A stretch of 32,000 nucleotides of DNA from Kineococcus radiotolerans SRS30216 = ATCC BAA-149 (GTDB lineage: Bacteria > Actinomycetota > Actinomycetes > Actinomycetales > Kineococcaceae): the NCBI RefSeq assembly GCF_000017305.1, contig NC_009806.1:30001-62000 (forward strand), written 5' to 3'. Below the pieces are notes generated by a model, which worked only from the letters and a program-made list of their open reading frames with translations, was not told the origin of the DNA and did no database searches. Positions 13,696-22,548 of the stretch are shown one piece after another; position 1 is the stretch's first letter; each line of letters starts with the position of its first letter. A program made the position numbers and the translations under genes.

Positions 13696-16068
13696 TTACT
13701 GATACTGCCTCTTCAGCAGGGCGCGCAACCCCGCTAAGGGCAGTAGCCGTACCCGCCAGCGCGTTGGTCCGGGACAGGCAACCGTGATGGCAGCGACTAG
13801 ATGGCGAAGCTGCGCTTGAGCATTGGCGCGCGAATGCGCCCATGGCGCATGGCTCGCGGTGGCCGTGGCCGTGGCGGTGGCGGTGGCCGTGGCGGTGGCC
13901 GTGGTGGTGGTGACCGTCAAGGTCGGAATGGCCGCCTGACCGTACCTGACGAACTCGATCGCTTGCCGCAGGGCTTTCAGTCCTGCGTTCACCTCCTGGG
14001 GAAGTGCGATCCTGTGCTGCAGTATTTGCTCGCACTGGCGAGGGGTCATGGTGACCGACCAGTGGATGTCAAGGTCATAGACGCGATCGCTCAATTCAGA
14101 CCACGCCACTTCGACCCACGCCGGTTCATCGTGCGCGTCACGCCAGCGCCGGTGGGTTCTTATCCTCGCGCACACCCAGGGAAGCACGACGATGATCATC
14201 AGACCCACAAGAAGAGCCACCCAAGGCGAAGCCACAGCTCGCCACCCCTGACGCACCTCACCGGTGTCTACGCTTTGCTCCCTCGAAGTAGGGGGAAGAG
14301 TCGGCGTCGGGGCAGCAGATGGGGCAGTTGCTGCACTGGCGGTCGGTTCCGGGCCCGGGTCCGGGGAGGGCGGTGCCGTGATGGGGGTTTCCGGCTGGGC
14401 GTAACTCGGCGACCGCCCGCTACGTATTGCCGGTGTCGGCTCGAAGCGCACCCAGCCCGTGCCGGAGAACCACAGCTCGGGCCAGGCGTGTGCGTCTTGT
14501 TCGCTGATGCGCCAGCGCCCGTCAGCGAGCTGCTCACCGGGGAGGAATCCGATGGCAACTCGCGCCGGTATACCCAGAAGACGAGACATCACGGCCATGG
14601 TTGAGGCAAACTGCACACAAAACCCGTACTTTTCTCGCAAGAATGCCGTGATGGCGTCAGATCCACCATCGCTGGGCGCATTGGTGGAATAAGTGAAGCC
14701 GCCGGTCGAACGGAAGTAGCGCTGCAGCAAGACAGCTCGTTCATAATCGTTGCCTGCTGCGGAAGTCACCTGCCTGGCAGCATCTAGCACTGCAGCAGGA
14801 ATGCTTGGAGGCAATTGCGTGAATCGCTCTTGCACTGCGCGCGGCGCTGGAGGTGCGGTACGCAGTTGTTCTTCCCTAGGATCGACCTCCAAATGAGTGA
14901 CCGAGTAACTACGACCTTGCGTGTCCTCACCATCGCCCACGATGTTGAGGCTGTCACTGTCGTAGAACCAGTTGCCTTCGATGTCCACGCGAAGAGCTGG
15001 ATAAGGCGCCGGTAGATAGGTCTGCGCCAGTCCTTGCACCGTGATCGTCGTAGTACGCACCGCTGACTGCTCACGAATCTCGCTTGTAAGGCCGGGCGGT
15101 TCACTCAGTCCGCCCTGAACGCGCTGATCCCGGCGTAGGCGCTCGCCCGTGTGGGGGCTCCACGTCTGCCCGTCAAAGACGTCTGCAGTCACGATGCGAA
15201 GCGGAGCGGGAGAATCTTGATCAGTGCGATAGGTGAGCAGAGTCGCGTCAGAACGCGCGTCCAAACTGTCCTTGAGGTTCAAGATGGGATTGATGGTCGA
15301 GACGGGACCGGACGCTGCGACATCGACGGTTAGCGGCCGCTCATCCAAACCCGGAAGCGCTGCCGGCACGATTGTCGCTGCTACTAGCGCGCTGACACCC
15401 GTTGCGGCCATCGTTGCGTGAACTCGCCGCCGCTCACGCCAGGGCTCCGTGGTTTCGTCCACCGCGCGATACGCATCCACCGGGTGCACTGGCGCTGACC
15501 AGGGTCCGGGGCGGGGGTGCACCAGCAACAGCAGGAGGAAGGGCACAGCGGTGGTGAGGAACAGACCTGTCGAGGAGCCGCCGGGAATGACCGCCAGCGG
15601 GACACCATAGGCGGCGGTCAGGGGCAAGGCCGCCAGGGCTGGGCGACGTAGAGTGATCATGCCGAGATCCACGCCGAGAGCGACCAGGCCCGAAGCTACG
15701 ACAACGATGAACCGCAACCCCGGCCCGTCATCGACTGGCGCGCTTTGACTTGCTGCGACCTCTACACCGTCGGCGAGCAGGCGCATCGACCGCTCGGCGA
15801 TATCGGGGGTAGGCGCAGAAGACGACCCACCCTCTAGAAGCAGCACAGATAGCCATGCCACCAGCGCGATGCACAGCAGCTGAGCTGCAGCCACCAGCAC
15901 CCCAGTAGGCTTCCAGAGGCGGACCGCACCTCCCACACCGATGATGAGGGCAATCATGACAAGTGCGGGAAGGAGCCACGCCGAGGACTGCAACAGTGGG
16001 CGCCAGGTGAGCACGGCCGAAGCACTGACGAGACCCGCCACCATGCCCACCACGGCGCGAGACGTCAT
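13696..16068 (-). CDS. TgpA-like transglutaminase-domain membrane protein (DUF3488 N-terminal TMs + transglutaminase core + DUF4129-like C-terminal region)
   Basis: It has multiple N-terminal TM helices. The core is EKYGFCVQFASTMAVMSRLLGIPARVAIGF...DAHAWPELWF...WVRFEPTP (Cys-His-Asp). A late TM and the motif EFVRYGQ follow. Confidence 0.9.
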   Translation of the reverse strand: MTSRAVVGMVAGLVSASAVLTWRPLLQSSAWLLPALVMIALIIGVGGAVRLWKPTGVLVAAAQLLCIALVAWLSVLLLEGGSSSAPTPDIAERSMRLLADGVEVAASQSAPVDDGPGLRFIVVVASGLVALGVDLGMITLRRPALAALPLTAAYGVPLAVIPGGSSTGLFLTTAVPFLLLLLVHPRPGPWSAPVHPVDAYRAVDETTEPWRERRRVHATMAATGVSALVAATIVPAALPGLDERPLTVDVAASGPVSTINPILNLKDSLDARSDATLLTYRTDQDSPAPLRIVTADVFDGQTWSPHTGERLRRDQRVQGGLSEPPGLTSEIREQSAVRTTTITVQGLAQTYLPAPYPALRVDIEGNWFYDSDSLNIVGDGEDTQGRSYSVTHLEVDPREEQLRTAPPAPRAVQERFTQLPPSIPAAVLDAARQVTSAAGNDYERAVLLQRYFRSTGGFTYSTNAPSDGGSDAITAFLREKYGFCVQFASTMAVMSRLLGIPARVAIGFLPGEQLADGRWRISEQDAHAWPELWFSGTGWVRFEPTPAIRSGRSPSYAQPETPITAPPSPDPGPEPTASAATAPSAAPTPTLPPTSREQSVDTGEVRQGWRAVASPWVALLVGLMIIVVLPWVCARIRTHRRWRDAHDEPAWVEVAWSELSDRVYDLDIHWSVTMTPRQCEQILQHRIALPQEVNAGLKALRQAIEFVRYGQAAIPTLTVTTTTATATATATATATATASHAPWAHSRANAQAQLRHLVAAITVACPGPTRWRVRLLPLAGLRALLKRQYQ
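13858..13917 (-). repeat. In-frame hexanucleotide-type repeat encoding TVTTTT(AT)n in the TgpA-like C-terminal tail
   Basis: The plus strand reads ggt ggc cgt ggc cgt ggc ggt ggc ggt ggc cgt ggc ggt ggc cgt ggt ggt ggt gac cgt. Confidence 0.9.
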
Positions 16069-16408
16069 CGACGGTGCCCGAGCTGGTGGGCCCAGGCTCG
16101 CCTGAGCTCGCTCGGATTGGGTCTAGGTGCATCTTGGTGGGGTGAGCGCCAGTAGGCATCTTCTGGCGAGAGTGGTGCCGAGCCGGCCGCGCGGCGAGGC
16201 GTAGGGATGCTGCCGCGGGTGTGGCAGGCCGCCCACCGACCGGTGCAGCCGCTCGCGTTCGGTGTGCCCACCGTCTCCGGTGAAACAGGGCGCGCGCATC
16301 CGCATCCCGCCCCTGTGATCGTGCAGCTCATTGCCACTCTTCCTAACTCATACTCCGGCGCGAGGACCACAAGATGCCGCCACACCGAGCGGCGGCTGCT
16401 GTCAAGGA

Positions 16409-16804
16409 CTACTCCATCACCTGCGTCTGGGCTCGGCTCTGGACCCGTGACCGAACATGCTCACCATGTGTAGTGATCTCCCGCAAAGAGGGCTCAGACT
16501 GGAGCGAGACCGCACTCCTAATGTCCGAATCTGACCACGCCCGCGCGATGTGATTGCCGAGGTCGGTGCAACCGGCGCCTTTGGTAGTCGCTCGGATATG
16601 CAACCGAAACTTTCGCCCTACCCAGGTTACGGGACGCACTCGATACTTGATGTGCGCTCCGCCGGCGGCGCCGGAGTGGACGCAGTTGGTCTCCGAGAGG
16701 CCGGTCACGGGCTCCACCAACGCGTGGTCATGGGCTCCACCAACCAAACTCATCAACGGAGCGATGCCCTCGATGGCCGCATGCGCGGTCACCTGCGAAC
16801 TCAC
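16409..16804 (-). CDS. Hypothetical protein (weak call) in a gene-poor lower-GC spacer
   Basis: This 131-aa GTG-start ORF is the only one in 16.07-17.19 kb whose composition is not obviously GC-shadow-like. No family was recognised. Confidence 0.25.
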   Translation of the reverse strand: MSSQVTAHAAIEGIAPLMSLVGGAHDHALVEPVTGLSETNCVHSGAAGGAHIKYRVRPVTWVGRKFRLHIRATTKGAGCTDLGNHIARAWSDSDIRSAVSLQSEPSLREITTHGEHVRSRVQSRAQTQVME

Positions 16805-17189
16805 ACGTGGTCAACCGGTTGTCGGCGTGGAACCCACGAGTGCAGAAAGCAAGCCGGGCCATGCCGAGATTCCTCCGCCCCCCTGTCCCCGGATGCCTGC
16901 TACGGGCAGGCAAGGAGAAGAAGTAAGCAAGGAGAGGTCGCTGCGCGGTGCTCGCAGGTGATTGCGCACACGCTGACGCCCCGCTGAGCCACGCGGACGA
17001 ACCTCTGAACGCCAACCTCGACATGAGGGCCCTCGCTTGTTCTCTCGGTCGCAGCCAGGTACCGCACCGGAATAGTTGTTCTTTGAAGCGGCTGAACGCA
17101 GCAACGAAGCCACACGCCACAATTCGCCGCGAGGCTGCTTCCCGGCGGCGGCTGCACCGACACTCGATGTCGCCGCCACCCTGGCCTCA

Positions 17190-18899
17190 TCACCCCACCA
17201 CGCCTCCTGCCCGCCCGTCCGCCCGCCCGTCCGCCCGCCCGTCCGCCTGCCCCTCCGTCTGCGTTGATGCTTCCGCAACCCCCGCCTGGACGAGCGCGCT
17301 GAGCAAGCTGTCGACCTCCGCGGCCAGCCCGGCGTCCGCACCGCGAGACAGTCCGGCGATCTCCAACCCCTGCTCCGCTGCTTCCTGGCTACCGGGTACC
17401 CGCACCCACACGCGGCGCCGAGGGAGGAAGAGTGAGGCAATCAACCCTGCAGTGGCCAGCAGGGAGAAAACCAGCGCTGGCAGCTGCCCGGGGGTACGCC
17501 GGATGTCGAATGCAGCAAAGCGTGCAACGCTTTCCAGGGTGACGCTTCCCAGACCCTCGGGCAGTTGAACGGTCTGCCCCGGTGTCAGCTGCAGCGCCAG
17601 CGGCCGGCCCTGCCCATCCAGCACTTGAGTCATCGCGGTGTTGTCCAGCTCGTACACGCTCTGCGGCAGGCCGGACTCCAGGCCGAGGTCACCGACCCAG
17701 AGGGTAAAAACGAGGAAGGGGTTCCCGAGCCCAGGAAACCCGGACACCGGACGGCCGGCCCCATCCACGGTGGCGGTGGGCAGGAAGACTCCCTGCAGTC
17801 CGAACTGGGCCGGACGGCCGTCGGCATCAACCGCGTCCGGGATCTTCACCACACCGCTGGAGTCGTAATTACCCGTCTGCGGCAGGAACGGGACGGCGCC
17901 TGCTGAGACAACCGACCCGCTCCCGTCACGAACCGTCAGCACTGGGGCGTACCCGTTGCCGGACAGTGAAATCTGTGTACCTACGACGTCGGCGGGCTTG
18001 TTGACTTCGATGCGACGCGGTTGCTCTGCTTCCGCGCCCACGGAGAGCAGAACATCAGCCGCGAACTGCCGTGGCTGGCCAATCTGTGAGCTTTGCTGTG
18101 CTTCGAAGCTCACATCCATGTTCTGCAACTTCAAGCTGAACGGTGGAATGCCGCTCTCATCGGATCCCGCCCCAGCAGTGAAACTATCGAAATCGGTGGC
18201 CGCACCGACGAAACTTTGACCTTCAACCACCACGCGCTGACCAGAGAAGGAGTACAGCGAGCTGGTGGCGAAGCAGACGAGCAGTCCGACCAGGCTGACG
18301 TGGAAGAGCACGTTGCCGCTTTCGCGGTGATGCCCCCGCTCTGCAGCCACCGAGGCTACCCCGTCCTGGTCCAGGCGCACGTCGACGCGGAACCGGCGCC
18401 GTCTTAGGTACCCGGCCGCTACCTGCAGGATGACCGCCGGCGGCGCAGTTGGCTGCAGGCGCCGGAACTCAGGAAGCCGAGTGAACCGGGCCGGGGTGCG
18501 TGGTGGGCGGGACCGTATAGCCCTTGCATGGACCAGGGCGCGCGGCACGATGCAGCCAACCAGGGAGATGAACAGCAGCAGGTAGATGGCAGAAAACCAG
18601 ACCGATGAGTACACCTGGAAGAACTGCAGACGCTGCAGCCAAGGGCCCACCTCGGGGTTGTCGCGCAGGAAACGCGCCACGCCCGCCGCGTCGAACCCTG
18701 CCTGCGGGAATAGCGAACCAGGAACGGAGGCGATGGCCAGCAGCATCAGCAGGAACAACGCGGTACGCATGCTCGTCAGCTGCCGCCAGGAAAAACGCAG
18801 CAGTTCGAGGCCCGTGAGCGAACCCGGGCTGCGTTTGGTCGGGACCGCCCCATCAGCCTCACCCTCGAGGCGGTCTTCCACGTAGTAGTCGTGGCTCAT
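17190..18899 (-). CDS. resB: Cytochrome c biogenesis protein ResB/Ccs1
   Basis: The N-terminus LRFSWRQLTSMRTALFLLMLLAIASVPGSLFPQ is the ResB signature. A large extracytoplasmic domain and a late TM follow. The start overlaps the lnt stop by 4 nt. Confidence 0.9.
   Translation of the reverse strand: MSHDYYVEDRLEGEADGAVPTKRSPGSLTGLELLRFSWRQLTSMRTALFLLMLLAIASVPGSLFPQAGFDAAGVARFLRDNPEVGPWLQRLQFFQVYSSVWFSAIYLLLFISLVGCIVPRALVHARAIRSRPPRTPARFTRLPEFRRLQPTAPPAVILQVAAGYLRRRRFRVDVRLDQDGVASVAAERGHHRESGNVLFHVSLVGLLVCFATSSLYSFSGQRVVVEGQSFVGAATDFDSFTAGAGSDESGIPPFSLKLQNMDVSFEAQQSSQIGQPRQFAADVLLSVGAEAEQPRRIEVNKPADVVGTQISLSGNGYAPVLTVRDGSGSVVSAGAVPFLPQTGNYDSSGVVKIPDAVDADGRPAQFGLQGVFLPTATVDGAGRPVSGFPGLGNPFLVFTLWVGDLGLESGLPQSVYELDNTAMTQVLDGQGRPLALQLTPGQTVQLPEGLGSVTLESVARFAAFDIRRTPGQLPALVFSLLATAGLIASLFLPRRRVWVRVPGSQEAAEQGLEIAGLSRGADAGLAAEVDSLLSALVQAGVAEASTQTEGQADGRADGRADGRAGGVVG
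17211..17258 (-). repeat. 3-4 x 12-nt in-frame repeat encoding (ADGR)n at the ResB C-terminus
   Basis: ccgcccgtccgc occurs three times (17211-17246), followed by a degenerate unit (17247-17258). Confidence 0.85.
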
Positions 18900-20581
18900 G
18901 CGCTCAGATCCTCCAAGCGTCGTCGACTGTCGCGAAAACTACCGCGCAAGCTGCGCATCAGCGGCAGCAGCGGCGGGAGAAGCAGCGGAAACAGCACCGC
19001 GGTAGAGAGGGCAGCCTCCGGCAGCGATCCCAGGCGGGTGGCGAGGGTCTGATCGGAGCGCAGCGGCACCCGACCTTGCAGGACGGCCTGGGTGAACAGT
19101 TCCGTGCGTACCGGGGCGCTACCGTCGGGAGAGATGATGCTGCTGACACCGACGGTGGAGATTTGCACGACGGCACGTCCGGTCTCGACGGCACGAAAGC
19201 GGGACATCGCCAATTGCTGCACCGCCTCGTCGGAGTAACCGAAGGTGGCGTTGTTCGTCTGCACGACGAGCATCTGTGCACCCGAACGCACTGAGTCACG
19301 GACCAGCCCATCGAAGGCGACCTCGAAGCAGATGACGTCACCGACTCGAGTGTCACCCATCAAGACGGTCCCGCCCCGTTGCCCGGGCAGGAAGTCCCTC
19401 CGTACCAGATCCACCTTGTCGCTGAAGGTGCGAAAGAAGCTGCGGTAGGGGACGTACTCCGCGAAGGGGGCAGGGCGACGCTTCACATAGTTGCGGTGTG
19501 CATCACTTGCTGCGCCCTCAAGCCCCAGCTGTGGTGTGACGACCAGTCCGGTGTTCGACAGGTAGCGACCCGGGCCCTCGAGAACCGCGCCGATGAGAAC
19601 CGGTGCGTCGATGGCCCGAGTGACCGCCTCGATGCTGGCCCGGGCCGCGGGATCCTGGTAAGGGTCGATGTCACTAGAATTCTCCGGCCAGAACACCAGA
19701 TCCGGCGCCATCGACTCACCGCGGGCCACGGATTCAGCCAGGCTCTGGGTGGCGCTGACGTGGTTGGTCAGCACCGCGCGACGCTCGGCGTTGAAGTCCA
19801 GGCCCGGGCGTGGGGTGTTGCCCTGCACGGCGGCGATGTCCACTGAAGTGATGTCAGGCTCCACTGGGCGCGGTATGAGGAGTCCGGATGCGCAGACCAC
19901 GACCGCGACGACCAGTGGCAGGCAGGCACTGAAAACGTCGACTGGTAGCAGCGCCCTACGCGCGCGCAGGATCCGCCCGAGCATGGTGGCAAAGGTGGCC
20001 AGCAGAGCGCCGACGAGCGCGACGGTGAAGGTGACCAGCGGCGCCCCCCCGACCCTTGCCCACCCGAGGATGGGACCGTCGACCTGGGAGAAGGCCAACC
20101 GGGCCCATGGGAACCCACCGAAGGGCACCCGGGACCGTGCGGCTTCCAGGAGGACCCAGCCGCCGGCGACAGCCAGGAGGTTCCACCACCGTCCGGCGCC
20201 GAGCAGGCCAGGCAGGAAGGCGGCGTAGAACGCGTAGAACGCCGCGCACACCGCCGCCAGAGCCAGCCAGGGCACGGCTCCGACGTAGATGCCGCTCCAC
20301 CGCAGGTGCGGGATCAAGAAGGCGAGAGCGAACACGAACCCGAGCCCTGCGGCGGCGCGCGGGCGGCAACTACGGGTGGCCCAAATCAAGAAGGTCACCG
20401 CCACCGCAGCCGAGGGCCACCACCCATCCCGGCTGACCGCGCCGGGGAAGGCCATCCATGCGCTCAGCCCACCGGCAGCGGCCATACCGACCCGCGCCAG
20501 TGCGCCGGCCACCCCCATGCGGCCGTGGGGCGTCCTCGAACTCAGCCTGGCCGGAAGGAGTCGGACCGTGCTCATAGCCAC
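18896..20581 (-). CDS. lnt: Apolipoprotein N-acyltransferase (Lnt; N-terminal TMs + CN-hydrolase domain)
   Basis: Motifs: AAVQGN, LVFWPENS, VGDVICFEVAFDGLVR, MLVVQTNNATFG. The N-terminus has multiple TM helices. Confidence 0.9.
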   Translation of the reverse strand: MAMSTVRLLPARLSSRTPHGRMGVAGALARVGMAAAGGLSAWMAFPGAVSRDGWWPSAAVAVTFLIWATRSCRPRAAAGLGFVFALAFLIPHLRWSGIYVGAVPWLALAAVCAAFYAFYAAFLPGLLGAGRWWNLLAVAGGWVLLEAARSRVPFGGFPWARLAFSQVDGPILGWARVGGAPLVTFTVALVGALLATFATMLGRILRARRALLPVDVFSACLPLVVAVVVCASGLLIPRPVEPDITSVDIAAVQGNTPRPGLDFNAERRAVLTNHVSATQSLAESVARGESMAPDLVFWPENSSDIDPYQDPAARASIEAVTRAIDAPVLIGAVLEGPGRYLSNTGLVVTPQLGLEGAASDAHRNYVKRRPAPFAEYVPYRSFFRTFSDKVDLVRRDFLPGQRGGTVLMGDTRVGDVICFEVAFDGLVRDSVRSGAQMLVVQTNNATFGYSDEAVQQLAMSRFRAVETGRAVVQISTVGVSSIISPDGSAPVRTELFTQAVLQGRVPLRSDQTLATRLGSLPEAALSTAVLFPLLLPPLLPLMRSLRGSFRDSRRRLEDLSA

Positions 20582-20601
20582 CTCGAATGCATCGAAGGAT
20601 C

Positions 20602-20627
20602 GGGGTCAGGACAATTGGGGTCAGGAC
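20602..20627. repeat. Direct repeat ggggtcaggac-aatt-ggggtcaggac just upstream of lnt
   Basis: Two perfect 11-mers at 20602-20612 and 20617-20627 (15-nt period), 20-45 nt upstream of the lnt start. Confidence 0.7.
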
Positions 20628-20747
20628 GGTTAGGAGCGGTGCGGGTCCGTGCAGGTCGCGCTCCGTCGAGCCCGCCGGGGCGGGCGTACCGTGAACAAGA
20701 TGGGAGGGCAACAGCACATGACCGCACCGGGAAATGGCGTTTCGCGC

Positions 20748-21623
20748 TCACAGGACGGTGCTGTAGCCAGCGACCCAGCCTTGAACCAAGGGCGTCAACT
20801 GGTTCCAGGCACCGGTGGCGAGGAGCATCCCGATGCCCACGAGCATGCCGCCGCCAGCGGCGCTGACCGCACGACGATGACGGCGGACCAACGCCAGCGC
20901 GCCTCCCAGCCGCCGCACGCCCAGACTCAACAGGATGAAGGGCAGGCCCAATCCCAGGGCGTAGACCCCCGTGAGGGCGGCCCCGCGCAGCGCGCTGGCT
21001 TCGGTGAAGGTGAGGGCCTGCACCGCGGCCAGGGTCGGCCCGATGCAGGGAGTCCAGCCCAAGCCGAAGGTCACCCCCAGCAGCGGCGCGCCCAGCAGAC
21101 CGGTGGGCGGGCGCCACCGCAGGCGCGCCTCCCGCTGCAACCCGGGCAGCAACGAGGGCAACAATCCACTGTAGACGACGCCCAGGACGATGACCGCGAT
21201 CCCGAGCAATCGGGTCAGCGGGCGCTGGTACTGCAGCAGCAAGGTCGCCGCGGCGCCGACGGTGGCTCCGACGGTGACGAAGACGGCAGTGAACCCGGCC
21301 ACGAAGAGCACGGTCCCGGCAGTCATCCTCCCCCGCCGGGGCTCCCCAACATCTCGAGCCGTCAAGCCCGTGACGTAGGCCAGGTAGGCCGGTGCCAGGG
21401 GCAGCACGCACGGGGACAAGAAACTGAGCACTCCGGCGAGGGCGACCAAAGGAACAGCCAGCAGCAGCGACCCGGTCACCAGCTCGCCGGCTCCGGCCCC
21501 CACGCCGGCACCGGCGACGGCACCGGCGAGCGAGGTCGTCGCAGTACCGGCGAAGGCCGTGGTCGCAGTACCCGCCACGGCCGTGGTCGCAGCGTCCGCG
21601 ATGAGGGTCGCGACAGCACTCAT
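20748..21623 (-). CDS. ccdA: Cytochrome c biogenesis thiol-reductant transporter CcdA (DsbD family)
   Basis: Motifs: LSFLSPCVLPLAPAYLAYVTG and GWTPCIGPTLAAV, the two conserved Cys motifs. It is a polytopic membrane protein. Confidence 0.9.
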   Translation of the reverse strand: MSAVATLIADAATTAVAGTATTAFAGTATTSLAGAVAGAGVGAGAGELVTGSLLLAVPLVALAGVLSFLSPCVLPLAPAYLAYVTGLTARDVGEPRRGRMTAGTVLFVAGFTAVFVTVGATVGAAATLLLQYQRPLTRLLGIAVIVLGVVYSGLLPSLLPGLQREARLRWRPPTGLLGAPLLGVTFGLGWTPCIGPTLAAVQALTFTEASALRGAALTGVYALGLGLPFILLSLGVRRLGGALALVRRHRRAVSAAGGGMLVGIGMLLATGAWNQLTPLVQGWVAGYSTVL

Positions 21624-22333
21624 GCGGTGGACCCCTGCCCCGGATCTTCTTTCAGGACGGTGTCCACCAGTGTGCGCAACGTCGTTGCCGAAATCTGACC
21701 GATCACTCGCGCCGCGACGCGTCCTTGCCGGTCCAGGATGAGCGTGCTGGGAATGGCCGAGGCGGGCACCTGCCCGCGCAGGTCCAAAAACGCGCGACCG
21801 TAGACGGAGTCGTCGATGCTGGGGTAGGTAATGTTGTAACGGCGCTCGAAGGCACGCGCGGCCGCCGGAGTGTCCTTGACGTTGACCCCGAGGAAGCGCA
21901 CGCCGCGGTCTTCGTATGCCGACGCGGCCTCACGCAGCACGGGCGCCTCGGCGCGGCAGGGAGAACACCACGATCCCCAGACGTTCACCACCGCCACCGA
22001 CCCACGGAAGTCAGCGACGTCCACGGTTACCGACCCCTTCCCCGAATCCGTCGTCGATTCCGCCTCCGATTCCGCCTCCGACTGGTCAAGGTCCTCACCC
22101 AGCGCCGGCCCGGACAGGGTCAGCGGCTCGGTGCGGGAAGCAGCGGGAATCTCCTGGATCGAACCGGTGACGTCGGTTGAGGTCTCAGTGGAGGCACCGT
22201 TGAAGCCGTCGCCACCGCCTATCGGCGTCTCCAATCGCCACCAGGTCACCGCCCCGACAACAGCCACCGCCGGAGCACCCCACAGCAGAGCCCGCCGCGA
22301 AGGTCGCGCCGGATGCGCTCGCATCCCGCTCAT
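21620..22333 (-). CDS. resA: TlpA/ResA-like membrane-anchored thiol:disulfide oxidoreductase
   Basis: It has a signal anchor followed by VAVVNVWGSWCSPCRAEAPVL (WCxxC thioredoxin motif). It overlaps ccdA by 4 nt. Confidence 0.9.
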   Translation of the reverse strand: MSGMRAHPARPSRRALLWGAPAVAVVGAVTWWRLETPIGGGDGFNGASTETSTDVTGSIQEIPAASRTEPLTLSGPALGEDLDQSEAESEAESTTDSGKGSVTVDVADFRGSVAVVNVWGSWCSPCRAEAPVLREAASAYEDRGVRFLGVNVKDTPAAARAFERRYNITYPSIDDSVYGRAFLDLRGQVPASAIPSTLILDRQGRVAARVIGQISATTLRTLVDTVLKEDPGQGSTA

Positions 22334-22545
22334 CGCATGTCCTGCGCGGGCTTGGTGTCGTGATCACTCGCAGTCGGCCGGATCACCTGAGGGTTCTTGT
22401 GTTCTGAACGTTCTTGGCGGACTCGTCGGGCCGCGGCTCGCTCACTGCGGTCTGCACGCAGCACCGACCGCATGAGCAGCCAGAACAGCAGCCCCAGGCC
22501 GGTGGAGGGGGCAAGGGCGGCGAAGTACTCCTTGAACACGTCCAC
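22330..22545 (-). CDS. Small hypothetical single-TM protein
   Basis: 71 aa with one hydrophobic helix (STGLGLLFWLLMRSVL). It has an ATGA overlap with resA and a 3-nt gap from the upstream gene, which suggests translational coupling. Confidence 0.45.
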   Translation of the reverse strand: MDVFKEYFAALAPSTGLGLLFWLLMRSVLRADRSERAAARRVRQERSEHKNPQVIRPTASDHDTKPAQDMR

Positions 22546-22548
22546 GGC

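Noticed and set aside
16065-16385. 106-aa ORF whose stop overlaps the tgpA start by 4 nt (possible DUF58 remnant).
   Set aside because: Its composition is rich in Arg, Cys, Trp and Pro and it has no DUF58/vWA motif I can recognise. The overlap may be coincidental. It is mentioned in the low-GC-block finding rather than called.
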